A stretch of DNA of 64,000 bases from Cyanophora paradoxa CCMP329 (lineage: Eukaryota; Plantae; Glaucophyta). Under the pieces are notes generated by a model that was given only the letters and a program-made list of their open reading frames with translations, was not told the origin of the DNA and searched no databases. The stretch spans positions 62,001 to 126,000 of the forward strand of contig QPMI01000420.1 of assembly GCA_004431415.1 (NCBI GenBank). The letters run 5' to 3'. Position numbers and translations under genes: made by a program. Of the stretch, positions 57,269 to 64,000 are shown piece after piece (the stretch's first letter is position 1; the number at the start of each line of letters is the position of its first letter).

Positions 57269-60200
57269 TCACGCCGAAGCGACCGCGCCCTGGCCGATCG
57301 CGACCGCGCCCGGCGGGCCCTGCTCCATACCCGTCTCCTCGAGGCTGCGGGGGTACCGGGTGAGCGTTGGCAGAAGGGGGGGTACACGAAAGCGGGGGTC
57401 ACCGGCGAGCCCGCTTGGCGGGCGGGCTGTCCGGGCTCGGGGCCCGCATGTGGGGGGAGGACGAGCGGGAGCGCGGGGGGTACGAGTGGCCGTCGTTGGT
57501 CGAGGGGGGCGACGCCGAGTCGGCGCGGCTCGTGTTGCCGGAGAGGGGTACCTCGCCGTCCGCCCCGCGCGTCTTCTGCGCGGGGGGTACCGCTCGGCTC
57601 CTTCGTTCTCCTCGAGGCAAAGGAGGGGGGGGGGAAGGGGGGGTACCTCGGAGCCCGGGACGGCGGCGGGCGGGCTCGGGTTGCCCGAAACAGCGTCGGC
57701 GACCTCCCCGTCGGCCTCGCGCCGGAGCCGCTCGGCCGTCTCGATGGGGGCGAACCCGGGCTCCTGGGGGTACACGGTTAAAAGGGCGCCAAGCAGCCAA
57801 GCGGAGCCGCGCTCGCCTGCTTGACGGCGCCCGGGGCCGGCAGGCCGCGCCGGGCGGCGAAGCGGCCGAGGAGGCCCTTAAGGTGCTCCAGGCGCGACTC
57901 CCACTCCTGCACCCAGCTCTCCGCCTCCCGCGCCTGCCGCTCCGCCTCCGCCGCCGCCACCTGCGCCTGCGCACGCACGCCCCCGGGCTCGAATTCGGGC
58001 GAGTCCGAAGGTTCGAATGCTCGAAATCGGACCTCGAGGGTCGAGAGCGCGGCGGAGAACTCGGCGGCGAACGCGTCCGCCTCGTCGGTTACGACCGCGA
58101 GCTGCGCGCCGGGCGAGGGATCGAATCCCAGCCGGGATCAAATTCCGGCAGTGGATCAAATTCGACTTCGTTCGCACCTGGCGCTCCCAGGCGACGAGGC
58201 GGCTGGACTCGCGCTGGAGCCGCTGGCGCGCCTCCGCCACGAGCGCCCGCTGGCGCCGCACCCGCTCGTCGATCGGCACTGCGCCCGCCCGCCCCAGATC
58301 AAATCGCGGATCAAATCTCGGATCGAATCGCTGGACTGGAGTGGCGCACGGTCGTCGCGGTCGCGCTCGGGCACGAAGGCGTCTGCCGCGCGCCCCGCTG
58401 CGTCAGAGAGAAAGGCTGGCGGGCGGGCGCGGGGCGCGGGGCGCGGGGCGCGGGGCGCGGGGCGGGGGGCACCGGGGAGCGGCGGCGAGGGCGCGTTCGA
58501 GGATGAGTGGCCGTCCTTGAGCGCGAACAGGTTCCCCCCCGCCCGCTGCTCGGCGATCAACGAACCGAGATCCGAGATCAAGAGCGGAAGGAGCGACGGA
58601 CGCGGAAGCGGCCGTTGTGGATGGTGAGGGTGTTGGAGACGGTGTACTTCAGGTCGTGCTTGTAGCGCGAGCCGTCGGGCTTCCGGATGCGCGCCCACAC
58701 CTGCCCGCCCTCTGAGAGACGGGCGCTAGACCGAGCGAGCGAGCGCGGACCTTCTCGACGGCGCGGCATATCTCCTCGAGGGACGCGCCCTCGGGCCTGC
58801 CCACCATGCACTCCGCGATGACGTCTGGCAGGAGGGAGGGGAGGCGGGGGCGGCTCAGGGGGAGGGGCGGGGAAGGAAGGCGGGGCGGGGCGCGCTCCTC
58901 GGGCGGGCGCACCGGGGAGGAGCAGGAAGTGGCCGGCGGGGGGCGCCGGGTCCTCCGAGGGGCTCACGGCCTCCCGGGGCCGGCCCGAGGGCGCCGCCGG
59001 GCGCGCCCGCGCTGCGCCGGGGGGAGCACGCCGCGTCGGGGCAGGGCAGGGCAGGGCGGCTGGGGCGCGGGAGGGGTTCGAACCGGCTTCCTCGGCGATG
59101 CCCGTGCAGGCCTCGACGTGCCTGGCGGCGGCGCGCGTCACTCACTCAGGCGAACCGCTGGGCGCTGGGCGCTGGGCGCTGGGCGCCCAACAACAACGGC
59201 GGAGCAGCGGAGACGGACCTGCGATAGTTCGCGCCGTTGGTGTGCACCATCTTGTGGCAGAGGGGGCACGCCGCGAGGGGCGGCTTCGGCGGCGGCCCGC
59301 CCTGTACGCCCGCCCCGCGTCAGGCGCGGGCGGGCCGGGGAGGGGCGGGGCGGGGCGGGAAGAGCGGACGGACCTTGTGCGGGGAGGGCTCGCCGCCGGC
59401 GTTGCGCTGGCACGCGTCGACGTGGCGCGTGTAGTTCGCGCCGTTCGTGTGCACCTGCGGCGGCGCCCGTCAAAGAGAGCGGCGCTCCGAGGCGCTGGCG
59501 GGGCCGGCGCCGCGCACGAGCTTGAAGCAGTGGGGGCACTGCTGCGTCGGGACGGCGCGCTTCGGCCCCGCCCTCTCGTCCCCGTCGCCGACGCTCAGCT
59601 CGTCGTCCAGGGACGTGTACCGAGCCCGCCCCTGCGGATCAAATCTCAGCCTGGCAGCCTCGGCGGATCGAATTCGAATCCTCGGGCCGCGGACCCGCTC
59701 CCGGTCGACGCTGGCGTCGTCGTCGAACGCGAAATCGGAGCGGCGCGCCCGCGACTCGCGATCGTCGTCGTCGTCTGACCGAAGGCGGGCGCGAGGTCAG
59801 CGGGTCCGGGGCGGCCGCAGCGCCCGGCGCGCGCGCGAATCCCGAGCGGATCGAATCTCCCCTAGAAAGCGGGAGAATGTTGGGCCTGGGCGGCCGCGCG
59901 CGGGCCGCGGAACCCGGATCGAATCTCGCGCGCCGGTCTTCTCCCGGCAGCCGTGCGCGGCCCGCGGCGGCGGCGGCGGAGGCGGCCAAGATGCGCACCG
60001 GCAAGAGCGGAGGCGTCAGGACCGTTGTCGTCGTCGTCGGCGTGGAGCGTCTCGATCTCGTCGCCGTCCGCGTCGGCCGACTCGTCCTCGCGCCGCTCGC
60101 GCCGCGCGCGCGGCCGCGGCGGCGCATCCACCACAAACTCGTCCAGCGGGCGCGGCTCGCGGTGCGCGCGCGGCCGCGCGGCGGCGCGGGCGAAGCCGTC

Positions 60201-60545
60201 ATCGCCCGAGTCGTACGAGAAGTCGTCCGGGCCGTAGTCGCCGCCCGGGCGCGAGCCGCGCTTCCCGGGCGAATAGAGGCCGGGAACGTCCGAGCCGCGG
60301 CGGCTGTTCGGCGGCGCCCGGCACGCGCCGGAGTTGCGGTGATCCCGCACTTCCTGCCGCGTCCGGAAGCCCGTTTGATACTCCCGGGGGCACTTGTGGC
60401 AGAACCAGAGCCTCCCATCGGGAGTCTCCTCGCAAAAAGGCTGCGAGGCTGTTTCAGCGGCGCGGCGCGGGGGCAGAATCCAGGGGAGGCCGGCGGTCGG
60501 CGGCGACTCGGCGCGGGGGCGGCCGGGGGCGTTCTGGCGATTCAA
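57269..60545 (-). CDS. Putative DNA-binding protein: repeated C2HC-like Zn fingers, winged-helix-like domain and coiled coil (multi-exon)
   Basis: CPHCFKL|VHTNGANYTRHVDAC, CPLCHKMVHTNGANYR|RHVEAC, SLEEICRAVEK|VWARIRKPDGSRYKHDLKYTVSNTL, AEAERQAREAESWVQEWESRLEHL. Ends approximate. Confidence 0.55.
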
Positions 60546-61499
60546 TTGCCGTCCTAGAGCCCTCTAGAACTACGGCCGCTGGACGGCGCGGGCGGCGCGG
60601 GTGTTTTGACCGACGGCCAAGGTACAGGGGAGCCGGAGGCCGTCAAATCCCGGAGGCCGCGGGGAGGGCCCCACGAACCTGCCCTGCGTCTGTCATTTCG
60701 CTTTGGCGTCGAGTCTGCGCGTGGGACGCGCGCCCCGGCTGGTCAGCGTGGCCGGCGCGAAGGGCTGTTTTGCGCGGCGGCCGATCGGTTTCGTATACGT
60801 GGGCTGGCGGCGTTTGAAAAGGCTATGCGACAAGGACGCACGATTCCCTCGCGGCGGACGCTGAGAAATTCGAGGACGCTGAACTGTGCCGCGTACCCCC
60901 CCAGATGCATGGGAAGGTCATCCGCGCCGCAGCACCGCGTCCGGTGCGCGCGAAAGAGCGTCCCCGAAGTGCTTGCAGTGTTTTGATAGTCGGCTGCGGT
61001 CCCACGCCGCGGCGACCGAAGTGTTCGCCTGGGTGCGCCGTGCCACGCGTACGACCGACGGCGCGCGCCCATGTCGTTGGTGCAGAGCTGCTTCGTTTAG
61101 GCCGAACCCGGTCAGTTTCGCTATCCGCGCTGTCCACCAGCGGTCGGCGCCGTCGGCGCGGTGTTCGCGCTCAATTGCGCATGCATGCAGTACTAGTTCC
61201 AAGCTAATTCGAATCCGAATTTATTCGCGCTCCATGCACGAGTACTGCGCGCAGCACCCAGCGCAAGCTGCAAGCCGCAACAGATTCCAAGTTCGTGCTC
61301 CGCGTTCCTCGCCCTCCCTCCTTAGCCGGCGGCGCGCCTCCAAGACGCGAGCGCGTGCAGTGAGGCCGAGGCTAGGCGCAGGGCGACGGTACACTGAGAA
61401 ACAAGGGGAGGGATCGTCTGAACTACAGACATACTCTGCGAATCCAAGAACTGCGCTGCATAAGGAAATATGTGTGGGCCCTTGGGGCCGCCTACGAGG

Positions 61500-64000
61500 G
61501 GTACTCCGCCGGGCGGGGGGCGGGGGGCAGGGGCACTACTTGAGGGGAACGGGGGCCGCCGCGGGGACCTCGGGAGCCTCTTTGTCAGAAGAGGGTACGG
61601 GCGCAGCGCAGGTGGGAGGGGGTACGCCGACGCGGGCGGGGGCGGGCGTCAGGAGGTCGTGCTCGTCCCCCTGGGGGAGGGAGGGGGCCGGAGAGGGGGA
61701 CGCCGTTTCCTACGGGGGCGTCAGGGGCGCGCCGGGCCGCGAGGGCCCCGGGGCGGAAAGCACTTCGGTCTGGTCGGCGGCGGCGGCGGCGGCGGCGGCG
61801 ACGTCGGCGGAGACGGCGACGGCGGCGGCTGCGGAGGCGACGGCGACGCCAGCGTCGACGGCGAGGAACTCGTGCGCAGAGGCATCGACGTCGGCGGCAT
61901 CGGCGGCATCGGCGGAGGCGGCGGCGGAGGGCTCGAGGAGGAGGGAGCCGCCGGTGAGGAGCGGGGAGGACCAGTCGACCCACTCGGCGGCGAGGCACTC
62001 GAGCGCCGCGGCGAAGGCGGCGGCGTCACCGGCCGCCGCCGCGTCGCGCAGCGAGGACCAGCCTTGCCCGGCCTCGCGCCGGCCGGCCTCGGAGAGGACG
62101 GCGGGCGAGACCGAGGTGAGGAGGTACAGGGCGCGCTGGAGCAGCGCGGGCAGGCCGTCGGCCGCCGCCAGGCCCTTCTGCCACGTCGCGATCTCGCTGC
62201 GGCCCTTGTCCAGCACAGAGGGGCCCTCCCCCGGGAACGCTGCCGGGCCCGCGCACAGCCGGTCGCCTGCGGCGGCGTCAGCGGAGCCGCGATCGGGGAG
62301 GGGGGCGGGGTACACGCACAGAACTCGGCGAGCGCGATGCGGAGGTTCGCGTGCGAGCGGACGCGCAGCTGCTGGGCGGCCGCCTCCAGCGCGGGGGGGA
62401 CGTCGCCCTCCAGCGGGCACAGGTCCGTCTCCATCGCCCAGGACCTGCGCGGGGGCAGGCTCAGCCGGGGACGGACCGGGACCGGGAGAGGCGCGGGGCG
62501 GGGCGGGGCGGGGCGCACGGCTGGTCGGAGCCGGCCTCGAGGACGGGGAGGCACTCCGGGGGCCGCTCGGCGAGGGCCGAGGGCGGGAGGTCGCGGTCGT
62601 GGAGGACGAGAGCCGGGGAGCAGCCGTTGGGGCGGACGACGGAGACGAGCTGGCCCGGCTGGAGGCCCTGCAGCGAGGCCGCCGCGTCCTCCGCGAGGAG
62701 CGAGAGCACCCAGCTGGCCGAGGGCTCCTGCGCCTCCGGCCCCGGCGCGAGCGCGAGGTCGGGCGGGCCGAGGTCGGCGAGGGCCGAGGCGAGCGGGGCG
62801 GGGCCGGCCGGCGTGCACGCCGCGCTGCTGTGCAGGCTGCTGGCCCCGACGTCGACGGGTGCGGGCGGGCGTGCCCGGCCCGGGCGCCGCGAGGACGAGC
62901 CGGAGGCGCCGCGGCGGCGGCCGGCGTCGGCACCGGTGAGGGGAGGGCGGTGATGGGCGGGAGGGGCGCGCCGGCGGCGGCGACGGGCCGGCGAGGGACG
63001 GGGGCGGTGGACGAGGGAGGAGAGCCATGCGTCGGCGCGCTCGGCGACGGAGACGAGGACGGCGGCGGCGCGGCTGCCGTCGTCGGCGTCGGGCGCCGTG
63101 CGGGGCGCGCCAGCGGCAGCGCGCGGAGGCCGGCGGGGTCGCGGAAGCCGATGCCGGCGCCGGCGGGGCCGACGAGGCGGGTGAGCCAGCCCTCGGCGTA
63201 GTAGTCCGAGAGGGGGAAGGCAAGGGCGCCCCCGAGGACGCCCAGGCTCGCGGCGACGGGCCCGACCATCACGATGCCGAGCCGCTCCCGCGCCCGCGCC
63301 GCCTCCTCCGCCGTCTCGTACACGCGCCCGCAGCCGACGGCGATCCGCACGGACCCGAACTGCAGCGCCGCGCGGAAGCCGCCGCCGCCGACGCGGCGGA
63401 CGCCGTTGTAGCCCGTGCCCGACGAGGAGGAGTGGCCGCGGGCGGAGAGGGGGACGGCGATGGGCTCGGGCGGGTGCGGCAGGGCCCCGGGATGGCCCGA
63501 GGAGGGCCCCGGGGCGGGGGCCTCGGAGGAGGAGGCGGCAGAGGCCTCGCCGCCGGCGGGCGGGGATGCCCCGCGGGCCTCGATGGCCGCCGTGGGGGAG
63601 GCCCCTGCCGAGCTGGCGCGCGACCGGGGCCGGGGGCCGCGAAGGCCGCCGGGCCGGCCGCCGCGCTGGCGCTGCCGTCGCTGTGCCGCCGGGCGGGGGC
63701 GCCGTGCCGGCCGCCGGCGCTCGGGCGCTTCGGGCGCTCGCCGGGGGCCGCCGGGGCCGCCGGGGCCGACGCCGCGCCCGGCAGCGCCTGCTGCTGGAGC
63801 TGCTGCGGCGGAGGCGGAGGGGCATGGCCAGAGACGGGTCCTCGTCTGCCTGCCGCGGCCGCTTCTTGTGCCGCTGCGGCCGCTCGCCCGCCGCCACCGT
63901 CGCCGCCGCCGCCGCCGCCACTGCCGCCGCCGCCGCCGCCGTCACTGCCGGGCCGGCCGCCACGAGAGCCGGATCCAGCTTCGAGCGGCGAGCCCGCTTG
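61500..64000 (-). CDS. AP2/ERF-domain protein (5' end outside the window)
   Basis: TGYNGVRRVGGGGFRAALQ...VYETAEEAARARERLGI...LAFPLSDY at ~63200-63420. The frame is open to the window edge. Confidence 0.7.

Overview
GC-rich, intron-dense eukaryotic (protist-like) host DNA interrupted by a complete ~27.4-kb endogenous Polinton-like virus (PLV; 23753-51146). The virus has ~940-bp terminal inverted repeats (TIRs) and a 6-bp target-site duplication (ATCCTT), and it sits inside an exon of a host beta-ketoacyl synthase gene. It is transcribed divergently from a 27-bp spacer. The left arm (minus strand) carries a minor-capsid paralogue and large phage-tail-fibre-like genes (HxH repeats, C1q head, a membrane-anchored fibre). 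The right arm (plus strand) carries a second minor capsid, major capsid, HNH-AP2 nuclease, A32-type packaging ATPase, Prim-Pol/D5 primase-helicase, a protein-primed PolB with a degenerate proofreading domain, and an rve integrase. Unusual cis features are (a) a ~308-bp self-inverted unit at each end, (b) five copies of a 91-bp iteron palindrome (four in the TIRs, one right after the primase-helicase) and (c) giant-virus-like promoter motifs. Nearly all viral frameshifts are single-base homopolymer losses, so they are probably assembly errors. Host genes: IPT/TIG-glycosyltransferase, BTB protein, cardiolipin synthase, unknown multi-exon gene, SET methyltransferase, the split ketoacyl synthase paired head-to-head with a bacterial-type FabI, a zinc-finger/winged-helix protein and an AP2-domain protein. 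Host exon boundaries are approximate, and family assignments come from motif recognition, not database searches.
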